This document shows, one piece after another, positions 54,516-64,000 of a DNA stretch of 64,000 nucleotides. The DNA comes from Chloropicon primus. Its lineage: Eukaryota. Each line of letters opens with the position of its first letter. The first letter of the stretch is position 1. A program made the translations under genes and the position numbers. The notes under the pieces are model-generated. The model saw nothing but the letters and a program-made list of their open reading frames with translations. It searched no databases and was not told the DNA's origin. The stretch covers positions 124,001 through 188,000 of the forward strand of contig CP060773.1 in NCBI GenBank assembly GCA_023205875.1, in the 5' to 3' direction.

Positions 54516-56945
54516 TCATCCGCTGCCCTGGTGGATGAAAGTGTGAAAGTTTTGCAGAAAAGTACGCTGGGCTGTGACTTCGAGGTCCGAAAGGACTTGG
54601 ACAATCGGTTTGAGGGCCGCGACTCTCTCCACGACCTCCTTCGATGCACCGCTGTCTTGCTGGGACTCGCCGTACTTTGCGTTCTTGCTCTTTATCTCCT
54701 TTGGTAGAGACATGTCGTCCTCAAGGTGAAGCACCTTCCTCTTCAACCTCCTTTCCACCTGCTTGATGATCGAAGGCTCGTCGAACCATTTCGTGTGACC
54801 CCCCTCCGTGACCAGCTTGGTGTTCTTCTTATTGGGCTCGAACCAGGGCTTGTACCCCTTCTTCGTGCAGTACCACACCCTCTCCGGCACTTTGCTCACG
54901 ATGCTGATGGCAAGGCCCATCGTGTCAGCCCTCCCGACTCGACCGACCCTGTGGATGTAATCCTCGAGCTGAGGCAAGTCTGGCAGGCACATGTTGATCA
55001 CAAAAGGCAGCTCTTTGATGTCGATGCCCCTCGCGGCAACATCAGTACAGATGAGAAACCTGACGTCCCCATCCTTGAAAGCGTTGAGTGCTTGCCTTCT
55101 CTCTTGCATGCTTCTGGCTCCTGCCAGGACGACGCAGCTGTACGGATTTTCCAAGCCCTTCTCAACCTTCCCCCGGAACGCTTTGTTGGCGTTGCCGCCA
55201 CCCAAAGAATTGAGAAACTTCTCGAGGCGGTCGCAATCAAAGTTCGTCCTGCAGAATATCAAGCACTGGTCCATCTGATAAGCGTCGATGATCCTCTGCA
55301 ACACCCTTGGCTTCAACAGCTTCACTGCCTCCGACATGCACTCCTTCCCCTTGCTGCTTGCACTGAGGTTAGAGGCGTCAGGATCGCACGAGTGGACCAG
55401 ATCCGTCTCGATCTTTGGCAGCTTCTGAAGCCAGGACCTGTCCTCCGTGGGATCCACCCGGTACTGCACGTGGTGCACCGTCTCCGGCACGGACTCCTTG
55501 CCCTTGAGGTCGATCCAGATTGGGTTCTGACAGATTGTCTTGGCGATTTCTTTGATTTGATCCGAGTGCAAAGTGGCGGAAAACATCAGGCACTGAAGCC
55601 TGTCCTCCCCCTTGCCGCTCTTTGGAAACTTCTTGAAGAGTTTCAGAACAACGTCTCTCGTGTCCTTGTTCTCGACCAGCCGGTCCGCCTCGTCGAGGAC
55701 GTAGAACTTCATCTTGTTCACCTTCAACTTTCCCGATTCCACGAAATCCAAAACTCTCGCCGGAGTGCCAACCACCAGGTCGCAGCCCTTCTGCAGCTGT
55801 TTGATCTGGTCCTTGGGGTTCGTGCCACCCACAAGCGTTACGCAAGTCACGCTCGGAAACGACCCAAGACTCGCGCAGAGTTCCCCCACAACCTTGCCGG
55901 TTTGCTCCGCGAGATCTCTCGTGGGCTCCAGAATCAGACCCAAGGGCGTCCTGACACCATGGTTGAGGTTGGAAGCCCCCCCGAAGTCACCGTCAGAGTT
56001 CCCATCCGTCGTTGCGGATTGGTGACTCGCCGCCTCAGCAATGGCAACGTAGTCCTTGGGCATGTACTTGAGCGGCTGCTTACCGCCGCCGAAGTTGCAC
56101 TCGAGCTCTGCATTCTTCATGCAAAGCGCGGGGTAGAAAAGGTTTCCGTTCAGAAGCTTCTTTGGGATGTCATACGCATTGCCAAGTTTTTTCCCATTCT
56201 TCGAGAACCAGATGCTCGCCTGCTGCTGCTGGTTCTGGTTCTGCTTCTTCTTCTTGCCCTCGCCCTCGCCTTGGCCGCCGGCTGGCGAGCCCAAAAGATC
56301 AATGCCGCAACCAATGATGTCGTCCTTGCCGTACTTTTCTCCGTAATCCTCGAACTTTCTCCCGTTGCTCTTCTTTGCAGTCCCCCCGTAGCCAAACCCG
56401 AGTCGGCACGTTCCAAGCTCCAGCGATGCTCCAAGAGTGCAAGCCCAACCCACCCTGCAGAGACCCTCGTCTCTCACTTTCACCTCAAAGTAGTGCTTGC
56501 CACCAAACACTGCCTTCGTCGCTCTGCAACCCGACCAAGCTTTCTCTCCCCTGGACTGGCACACCAACTTATCTTTCGAGATCGCAAGCATGGTGTCACG
56601 GTCGTCCTCGCTCAGCACGCAGCTGCTTTGCTTTGCCGAACCATTTGGACTCTCCTTGAACTTTTTCCTCGAAGGCTGGTTCGATGGAGACCTCCCTTTC
56701 CCTTCCTCCTTCTCCCTCGCTTCTTTCTCCCAGCGCAAGAGGTCCTCGTGTATGGACTGCACGATAGGCAGAGCGAACGCAGCCGTCTTGCCACTCCCCG
56801 TCTCTGCCGCGGCGAGTACGTCACCACCACCAAGAACCAAGGGAATGCATTCTTGTTGGACGGGAGTGGGAAGCAGCCACCCTTGTTCCAGCAGACCATT
56901 CGTCAGTTGCGGCCCGAGACCGAGCTGCTGACCAAAAGCAGCCAT
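54516..56945 (-). CDS. DDX1: DEAD-box RNA helicase DDX1 (SPRY insertion)
   Basis: AETGSGKT, SPRY domain (GLCRVGW..FGYGGTAKKS), DEAD, SAT, TDVAARGID and HRVGRVGR motifs. Confidence 0.95.
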   Translation of the reverse strand: MAAFGQQLGLGPQLTNGLLEQGWLLPTPVQQECIPLVLGGGDVLAAAETGSGKTAAFALPIVQSIHEDLLRWEKEAREKEEGKGRSPSNQPSRKKFKESPNGSAKQSSCVLSEDDRDTMLAISKDKLVCQSRGEKAWSGCRATKAVFGGKHYFEVKVRDEGLCRVGWACTLGASLELGTCRLGFGYGGTAKKSNGRKFEDYGEKYGKDDIIGCGIDLLGSPAGGQGEGEGKKKKQNQNQQQQASIWFSKNGKKLGNAYDIPKKLLNGNLFYPALCMKNAELECNFGGGKQPLKYMPKDYVAIAEAASHQSATTDGNSDGDFGGASNLNHGVRTPLGLILEPTRDLAEQTGKVVGELCASLGSFPSVTCVTLVGGTNPKDQIKQLQKGCDLVVGTPARVLDFVESGKLKVNKMKFYVLDEADRLVENKDTRDVVLKLFKKFPKSGKGEDRLQCLMFSATLHSDQIKEIAKTICQNPIWIDLKGKESVPETVHHVQYRVDPTEDRSWLQKLPKIETDLVHSCDPDASNLSASSKGKECMSEAVKLLKPRVLQRIIDAYQMDQCLIFCRTNFDCDRLEKFLNSLGGGNANKAFRGKVEKGLENPYSCVVLAGARSMQERRQALNAFKDGDVRFLICTDVAARGIDIKELPFVINMCLPDLPQLEDYIHRVGRVGRADTMGLAISIVSKVPERVWYCTKKGYKPWFEPNKKNTKLVTEGGHTKWFDEPSIIKQVERRLKRKVLHLEDDMSLPKEIKSKNAKYGESQQDSGASKEVVERVAALKPIVQVLSDLEVTAQRTFLQNFHTFIHQGSG

Positions 56946-57194
56946 AGTATCGCTACACTGCGACTAGGAGCTACACGAGGACACCACCACCACCACCTTC
57001 TCGATACCGTCGTCACGAAGACAAAGAGACAAGCAATGAAAAGAATCCTTCCAAGAGCTCCAGGAGGACAATGCCAATCCAGTGCTCGTTGTCTTCAAGC
57101 GTCTCGTTCTTGTGATGCACCTCCTTCCCTCGACCTCTTCGTTGCTGGGCACCAAGCAAAAACGATGCAAACAAAGCCCTTCGATTCAGTTTCA

Positions 57195-57715
57195 ATCCCT
57201 CGTCAGGGCGCCATCTCCTTCGTGCGGATGCTCAAACGAAAGAGAGCGAGATCATCTTTCCATCGATGCCTTCCTCATCCGCTCTGACCCCCGTGTCCTC
57301 GCTCACTCACCTGCAAAGGCGGCACCCATGGAACCCAAAACGGCGGAAAACAACACGTTCAGTCGTCCCAAATCTTCGTCAGAGCGCCATCTTTTTCGTG
57401 CGGATGCTCATTGGAAAGCTCGCGAGCCGCTCTTTCCATCAATACCTCCCTCGTCCGCTCTGGCCCCCGTCCTCGTCGTCCCCTGGCTCCCTGAACTCAC
57501 CTCGGTGTTCCTCGCCGCCCGATGGGGTCTCACTTTCTTTTCCACGAGGCGACGGGTGGAGGAGCACCGAGGTGAGTGAGTGAACTTCAGCGCGACAACG
57601 AGGACGGCAACAAGAGAGGGAGAGGACGAGGGAGGAATTGATGGAAAGAGCATCTCGCGAGCTTTCCAATGAGTGGTCGCACGAAGAAGATGGCGCTCTT
57701 GTGACGAAGTTCTTC
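57195..57715. repeat. Three related ~90-bp elements in the DDX1/EMC10 divergent promoter: two direct (176 bp apart) and one inverted
   Basis: gcgccatct..ttcgtgcggatgctca..gaaag..ctttccatc(g/a)at, with the cgtgcggatgctca core at 57221 and 57397; reverse-complement copy at ~57630-57710. Confidence 0.85.
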
Positions 57716-57794
57716 TCAACTGAATCGATTGGTTTTCATGGAATGGAATGGAACGCAAACGCATCACAGAGGAGAGAATTGTTTTGGTCTCAGG

Positions 57795-59148
57795 ATGAGG
57801 TCGAGGATGGCGAGCGTTAGGTTGTCGAGCGTTACGATTGTGTGGCTCCTCACCATTAGCCACATCACCACGGCTTATGGTGAGAAACCAAGTAAGTTGG
57901 GGTCTTTGATCTCAGATCTGAACTCATTTCCAGCTCTCTCTCTCTCTCTCTCTTGATGCTCTTGATGCACTCGCTCCTTGATCTTCATGTCAGCCAGTGT
58001 GAGACCAATGGCTCCGCTTTCAAGTGTTCTCGAATCGTCATCACCTCCAGCATTGTCAAGGGTTTGGTTTACTGCTGAGTCCAACTCTGACCATGGCCCT
58101 CCTCCTCGTCGCTGTTTGTTTGTCGTATGTTGACTCCTCTTGCTTTGTGTTCTTGTGTCCTTTGTGTTGGCTCCTCTTCCTTGTGCTGGTTTGCTCTGTT
58201 GCGGCAGGGGAGAGGACTTACATCATGCAGCATAGCTTTGGCGGGGGCGAGTCTGGACAGCAGAGCACGGAGTGGGAGGAGTGTGGGGTGCTGAAGACGC
58301 GTGTGGCAGAGAAAGTGGCCCACAGAGGTGGTCCAACCATCAGCTTCAAAGGGATCAAGGTCGCTCACAACTCCATGAGTCCAAAGGCAAGGGAAGAGAT
58401 GACGATGGCTGCGAATTCTGGAGGTTACTATCGATTGAGGATCGCTTCCAACCCAACAACTGGATCGGCCTCGGCCTCCTCCGAGACAGACTTTGTGGTG
58501 ACTTCAGTCAAAGCGTCTTGCCTTGCAGCGTCAAACTTCAGGTGAGTTGGCAGAGAAAGACAGATGGGACGCGATGGATGGTGGCCTCCTCTCCTCCAAA
58601 AGTCAGAGCTTCAGGTTCAGGGTATTCTAAAAATGCTTCCGCTTCCGCTTCTTTGTCTTTGTCTTTCCTTGACGGTCGACAGGGATCACTTCAACCTTCA
58701 CTTTGACGACAGCGGCACAACCCTCGTCAGCGCGGACCACGTAGCAACGGGAGTGGACTGTCCAGCTGTGGAGGAGAACCCGGGAAAGTACAAAATCGGT
58801 GGCCTTTCGGAAGCAGAGGCTTCTCTTGGACCCACGACCACGAGCATCAAGTTCAGCAAGCTCGCCCCGTCGCTCTCCGTCATCACCAAGAGGAGGAGAA
58901 GCAGCGACAAGAGCGATGACGACGGCAGCGTTGATTTGGATCTGAGCTACGAGGACGACGAGGACGACGCAGAGGGTGGAGGTCCACCAAAGAAAGACGA
59001 GCGCACGTGGATCCAAAAGAACTGGATGTTGTGCTTGGCCGGAGGAATGATGATCATGAACCTCATGGGCTCGATCTTGGAACCACCGAGGCAGCAGCAG
59101 CAACGCAGAGGCGCCTCGGGCCAGCAAGCTGCTGGACCACAACGTTGA
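57795..59148 (+). CDS. EMC10: ER membrane protein complex subunit 10; exons ~57795-57879/57891, 58208-58541, 58683-59148
   Basis: Signal peptide, YYRLRI, TSVKASCLAASNFR|DHFNLHFD, and C-terminal ERTWIQKNWM plus TM, as in EMC10. The first donor is ambiguous between two in-phase GT sites. Confidence 0.75.
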
Positions 59149-59265
59149 GAACAGACCCTCATTCATTGGGGACTCTATATTCTAACAAACGAACCATGTA
59201 AAGTATTTATGATACAACCTATCCTTCCGACGAGGGCGGCGGAAGTCCTCTTCTCGTTTATTCTA

Positions 59266-59907
59266 TCATTCGTCGTAGTCCTCGTTCTCTTGCTCGCACT
59301 TGTCAATCCATTCAGAGTACACGTCAATCGGTTCACTCAAAGCTGCGATGAAACAAAACAAAACAACGCCTCAGTCAGCCAAAGGAATACCCCAAACACC
59401 AGACACAGACAGAGAGACAGACAGAGAGAGAGAGAGAGAGCAACTCACAATTGATCTCACAGTCATAGTAAGCCTTGCAATGCCGGCACTCTATCCGTGC
59501 CGTCCCTGTCTTGTGACGCCTGCACAAACCAAGGAAGCAACCCATCAGAAAACAGAACGAGAGGACACAGGCAGAGAGAGAGAGAGAGAGAAGGAGAATC
59601 ATTCCAGTCAGTCAGTGAGGTTCTCCCTATGCCGTGCCAGGCAAAAGTGCATGAAACCCGAATGAATGAAGCTCATCAGGCAGCAAACAACAAGACAGAG
59701 TGAGAGAGAAAGGAAGAAGAGAAGAGAAGAGAAGAGAATCCTCATCCCCATCCTCATCACAACAACGTTTCCCTCCAGTCCTTCCTGATACGTGATTCAT
59801 CAGGTGGAGGATAGAGGCTGGAACAGAAAACCTTTGGATGGGATGACATGTTTCATCGACAAACATGCCTACTCTTGAGGAGGAGTCATCCCCATCTCAC
59901 GTGTGTG

Positions 59908-59938
<31 letters not shown>

Positions 59939-60134
59939 TGCTATTTTGTCTTGATCACCTCATCCTGCTTGTTGTTTTGTTCACTATTGTCTCTTGATGA
60001 GCCAATCACCATCACCATCACCATCACCATCACCATCACGTTGCTTGCTTGCTTGCTTGCTTGATGGGTGATATTGTTTGCCTTGATGAGTGCTCATCAC
60101 CATCACGTCGCTTGCTTGCTTGATGACCTCATGC

Positions 60135-60172
<38 letters not shown>

Positions 60173-60361
60173 GATGGAATGGAATGGAATGGAATGGAGT
60201 TGGAATGACGGGGAGTGTGTTTGTTTGTTTGTTTGTTGATTGACTTACAGTTCGGCGGTGACTGATTTCTTTCTTTGGCAGAAAGGGCAGTCGAAGATGG
60301 TGGGTACTTTGGGTTGTTTCTTCTTCGCTGGCGGCGGTGCGGATGACTTGCGCTTCCCCAT
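59266..60361 (-). CDS. ELF1: Transcription elongation factor ELF1/ELOF1; exons 60361-60249, 59519-59449, 59342-59266
   Basis: Spliced product MGKRKSSAPPPAKKKQPKVPTIFDCPFCQRKKSVTAELRHKTGTARIECRHCKAYYDCEINSLSEPIDVYSEWIDKCEQENEDYDE. C4 zinc ribbon; canonical GT-AG introns with matching phases. Confidence 0.93.
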
Positions 60362-60450
60362 GATACCCAGGGTCTATGCCTCGACCTCGACCTCCGGCCC
60401 TCCTCGCCTCTCTGCCCGGAGGCGACGCCACAGCTGGTGGGGGGGAGATC

Positions 60451-60760
60451 AGGAGAGGGGAGGAGAGGGGAAGATGATGGGGATGATGGTGGCGGGTGAG
60501 GGGAGGGAGAGGAGGAGGGAGACAAAGGGAGGGATGCATTATCTCTTGCCCTTTCCAATGAGCCATCACTTGCTCACTTTTGTTTCCTAGGCAGAGGATG
60601 ATGGGGGTAATGATGAGGGTGGTTGGTAAGGGTGGTTTGTGAGGGTGGTTGTGAGGGGAGGGAGGGAGGGAGGAGGGAGGCCTCCTCTCTCTCTCTCTCT
60701 CTCTTGCTCTTTCCGATGAGCCCTCACTTTTGTTCCCTACAGAGAGAGAGAGAAGAGAGA
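60451..60760 (-). repeat. Dispersed cassette copy upstream of ELF1, plus a partial second unit
   Basis: 60451-60620 is nearly identical to 7911-8072; partial unit near 60705-60745. Confidence 0.9.
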
Positions 60761-61080
60761 GAGAGAGAGACAGGGCAAGGGAGAGCAAGAGAGATGAACA
60801 TACTTGGTGCTATACGACCAAGTTGGTTCCTATTCATAAAAATACAATGAAGTTTTTTTTACCACCAAATGAAAAAGAATAATACAACCGGAGTGGAGCA
60901 CCTTCCTTCCGCGCGGGCCTCTCCGTCAAAATATATGTTTCGTTCACGTTTCTTTGATGCCTGACATGTAAAGAATGTCTGGATGTGGATGTGGATGTGG
61001 ATGTGGATGCGAGGGGGCGACGCGAGCGCGGCTCCTCTCTTCCTTGGCTTCTCCCCCTCCAAGCGTTGGCTGCCGCATCA

Positions 61081-62211
61081 TCAAGGCAGAGGCTCTTCAC
61101 TTGTCCCCAGTTTGCTCAAGTGCAAGTAAGCGTCCGTTCCGTACCCTTCCATTGAGATGACCTGGAGCTCGCCACCAAAGTACCTCGCGTAGAGTCTGCA
61201 AAGCGGCAGGCCGTAGCCATAACCGGCCAAGACAGCTGGAGCATTTTGAATGTCGTGCTCGGTGAGGTGAGTCAGAGGAGAGGAAGCCGTGGAATATAAA
61301 TACGTCCAGATCTTCGGCAAACCAGACCTTGCGATGCCGCCACCCTCGTCGCTGACTTTGATCGTGATGTCCTCGTGACCCTCCGCTATGACGATCTTGA
61401 TCGGAGGAGGCTCAACGTCGCTGTCCAGGTACCGGTCGGAGACGGCCCTCAAAGAGTTCTTCACCAGCTCGAAGATCATGTGGTGCAAATGGTCCGGCAC
61501 GTAAGCGCACTCGAGATCCGTGCTGCCAAACAGCTGGATGTCCGGAGCGTCTCCGTACTGCCGAAGGCAAATATGCCTGGCGTCTTCGACCGCCTCGCTT
61601 ACTATGCTATAGGGGGACATCACCGTGTCGATCAACCCGATCTTTTCCGGCCTCGGAGGATCGTGAAGGGACAGGTGCTGGCCTATCAGCATCCTGATAC
61701 CGATTCTCGACATGTAAAACCTGTCGAGAAACGAGTGAATGTCCGGAAGGTCGTACCAAGACTTCTTCATGTGGAGCTCCTCCTTCAAGCTGGCCACACC
61801 CAGTGCCACCATCGGCACAACAAAGTCGTGCCTCTGCTTGATCTTCCCAAGAAGCGCCGTGAAATCCTCCTCGTCCTTGAGCGTCTGCACCGGCCTCATC
61901 TCCCGAAGTTCCTTGAACGACTCCACGTACCAGTCTCGCACCTTCAAGACTTGAGGCTTGTACGATAACCCGAACGGCAGGCCCTCCAACTCGATCACTC
62001 GATGCGCCAGCCTCGTCGGAAGCTCCTCGTGCAGGAACTGGGCGCTCAGGAGCATCTGCCGGTTCACCGGGTTCTGCCCGAAGTCCATCATGTACTTCAA
62101 ACTCACCCCCTTCTGCTTCTTCTTGCTCAGCTGCTTGATATCCTGCAACACGCTTTGTGGGATAACATCAGCAAGCCTCTTGACGGCTCCCCTCGCCGCT
62201 GCTGCCGCCAT
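61081..62211 (-). CDS. PDK: Mitochondrial pyruvate dehydrogenase kinase
   Basis: SAQFLHEELPTRLAHR, FLDRFYMSRIGIRML, FELVKNSLRAV, VSDEGGGI, LAGYGYGLP and SMEGYGTDAYLHL motifs. Confidence 0.95.
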   Translation of the reverse strand: MAAAAARGAVKRLADVIPQSVLQDIKQLSKKKQKGVSLKYMMDFGQNPVNRQMLLSAQFLHEELPTRLAHRVIELEGLPFGLSYKPQVLKVRDWYVESFKELREMRPVQTLKDEEDFTALLGKIKQRHDFVVPMVALGVASLKEELHMKKSWYDLPDIHSFLDRFYMSRIGIRMLIGQHLSLHDPPRPEKIGLIDTVMSPYSIVSEAVEDARHICLRQYGDAPDIQLFGSTDLECAYVPDHLHHMIFELVKNSLRAVSDRYLDSDVEPPPIKIVIAEGHEDITIKVSDEGGGIARSGLPKIWTYLYSTASSPLTHLTEHDIQNAPAVLAGYGYGLPLCRLYARYFGGELQVISMEGYGTDAYLHLSKLGTSEEPLP

Positions 62212-63076
62212 CACGACGGTCCTCGCCCTCTCCTCTGCCTCTCTCTCTCCGGAACACACAGAAACCTCCCTTCACCCAAACCTCTGACCTCCTCGCTTCT
62301 ATCCTTCTCTGCCGTCCTTCCCTCTCTGTCTCTCGCCTCACGACGCCAAACCAAGCTTGCGACCCACCAATCGAAAGAACGCGAGACAAAGCTTCGTCTA
62401 GTACTCTCCTCTTCCCCTCTCGTTGCCGTTCCCGTCCTCACCGTCCTCGATAAGGTGGCTCAATAGGGTACTTCCTCCTTCACTTTCTGGAACAAAAGTC
62501 GATGCCTCGACCAATCCGAGCACCAAATGGGTCAAGTGAGGGCTCGTTGGAAAGATCTCGAGAAGCTCTTTCGTCCAGTACCCTCCTCTTGTCCTTCAAT
62601 CCTCGTCCACGCCCCCTGCGTCCTCCCTTGTCCGCCGCCTTTCGTGGAGGATGCACAGCGTGATCCACAACGTGTTTTTGATTCTCTCGTGGCGCGCGAG
62701 ACAAAAAGGAGGAAGATCCACCGAGGAGGGGAAAGAACGAGATAGATGGCGAGAACGAGAGTGTGAGAGGGAAAGACGACAACGCATCGCGATAGAACAT
62801 CTCTTTATCTTTCGAACGAGCCCTCACTCGACTCGTTTGACAACCGGAGTGGTCGCCAACTTTGGTCATCAAGGCATTGGGCAGAGCTTCAGGAGCAGGA
62901 GTGGCGTGGCTTTGCGACGCAGTGGAGGGCGAGGGAGGTGGATCCGGAGGGCGAGGGCGTTACGGAGCGAAGCGTTGACTCGATATCTTTCGATTGGTGG
63001 GGCGCACGACCGGTTTCTCTCCCGGAACAAGGGTTTGCTTGAGTTGTGAAGGCACGAGAGAGGACACGGCAGAGGG

Positions 63077-63943
63077 ATGACGCTCGAGGTTCCGGCCAAG
63101 GCGGAGGAAGGTAGGACGAGGGGAGGGAGTGGAGGAACAGATGCGGTGGTTTCGTTTCATCACGATCAGACGGGCTTATCTTGGCCACCTTGACTGAGGA
63201 TGAGGATGCTGTGGAGATGCAAACCACACATCCACGGCTTTCGTCCCGAGGACCAGGAGGAGAGTGCAGCAGGCAGACACACGTTTGGTCCGTCCTCGGG
63301 ACGGAAGCCGTGGCGTTGCCTTGCACGTCTGATCGTGATGAAACTGAACCTGCGAAGTGTCGTATTTGGTTCACCGTACGGTGCGGAGGGATCGCACACT
63401 CTCTGCTCAAACTGTTCAGAAGAAGACTGACGCGCGCGAGAACGCCGCCTTGGCTTCCTCGTTCCCTTTTGCTCTTTGCTCTTCGACCCGGAAGCCTTGC
63501 GGAGCAAGATGAAGGAAATCGCTCGACAGAACTGTGACGGCGTCATTCGGGACTTCGTGGAGTGCTCCAAGGAGACGGGCATCGCAGTGATGTGGAGCTG
63601 CCGAGAGCACCTCAAGCTCATGAACGCTTGTGTCAGCAAGTAGTAAGTCCCTTGGAAGAAAGCGGGAGGGGAAGGAAGGGAGGGCGCCGTCCCCTCGCTG
63701 CCTCTCGTTCGCACGTTGCTCGTTTTTGCCCGTCATTCGAGCACGGGAGAACTCGTGTGCGTTCTCGTACTGACAACACAATTCCTTTCGCTCCTCGCGC
63801 GTTCGCCACGCGGGTTACGCACGTGTCCTTCCTCGTGCGTTCGCAGCACCACCGACGAGGTGCTTGAAGGCATAAAGAAGCAGTGGATCGATGCCGGGAG
63901 ACCGTCACGCATCGACTGGAGGCCAAACGTGCCCAAAATCTAG
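63077..63943 (+). CDS. CMC1: Twin CX9C cytochrome c oxidase assembly protein CMC1-like; exons 63077-63110, 63495-63642, 63847-63943
   Basis: Spliced product MTLEVPAKAEEALRSKMKEIARQNCDGVIRDFVECSKETGIAVMWSCREHLKLMNACVSKYTTDEVLEGIKKQWIDAGRPSRIDWRPNVPKI with two CX9C motifs; intron phases are consistent. Confidence 0.82.
63148..63350. ncRNA. Candidate structured intronic RNA or fold-back element in CMC1 intron 1
   Basis: Perfect 19-bp stem 63154-63172/63326-63344 enclosing a 22-bp stem 63232-63253/63292-63313 (one G-U) and a smaller hairpin at ~63204-63233. Confidence 0.4.
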
Positions 63944-64000
63944 CACCCCTAACGACTCTGTAAAACATATCGACGACGTGATACAAATACGCCAAAACAA

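Noticed and set aside
63190..63360. TPP riboswitch or hammerhead ribozyme in the CMC1 intron
   Set aside because: Only partial words (ctgagga, tgaacctg) are present. The required CUGAGA/P4-P5 and CUGANGA-stem-GAAA architectures are not satisfied.

Overview
Gene-dense eukaryotic nuclear DNA with short GT-AG introns, GC-rich third codon positions and microsatellite-rich intergenic spacers. The gene content (RWP-RK, AP2, plant-type DTC and AAPT) points to a compact green-algal genome; a picoplanktonic chlorophyte such as Chloropicon is an inference, not verified. About 27 protein-coding genes are supported: PDX2 (partial), an RWP-RK protein, a 5'-3' exonuclease, RNase H2A, SEC63, RAB18, a DDT/WHIM protein, DTC, ISWI, CAF-1 p150 with an HMG box, a CEP104-like protein, an AP2 protein, CGI121, UGGT, AAPT, alpha-tubulin, a Cys-repeat/propeller/HAD secreted protein, EMC2, an acid lipase, DDX1, EMC10, ELF1, PDK, CMC1 and three unknowns. 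ELF1 and CMC1 are spliced micro-genes that the ORF track misses. The strongest unexplained signal is non-coding. A degenerate oriented motif (GTGAGGGCTCRTTSGAAAG...CTTTC) recurs in intergenic DNA at 163-184 bp spacing and points inward in divergent promoters. A near-identical ~160-bp cassette version of it sits at head-to-tail gene junctions. Together these suggest DNA-encoded nucleosome phasing. Also notable are a chromatin gene cluster with E2F-type sites, a highly structured intron in CMC1, a 39-bp perfect inverted repeat and several tandem arrays. No rRNA, tRNA, CRISPR or transposase was recognised.
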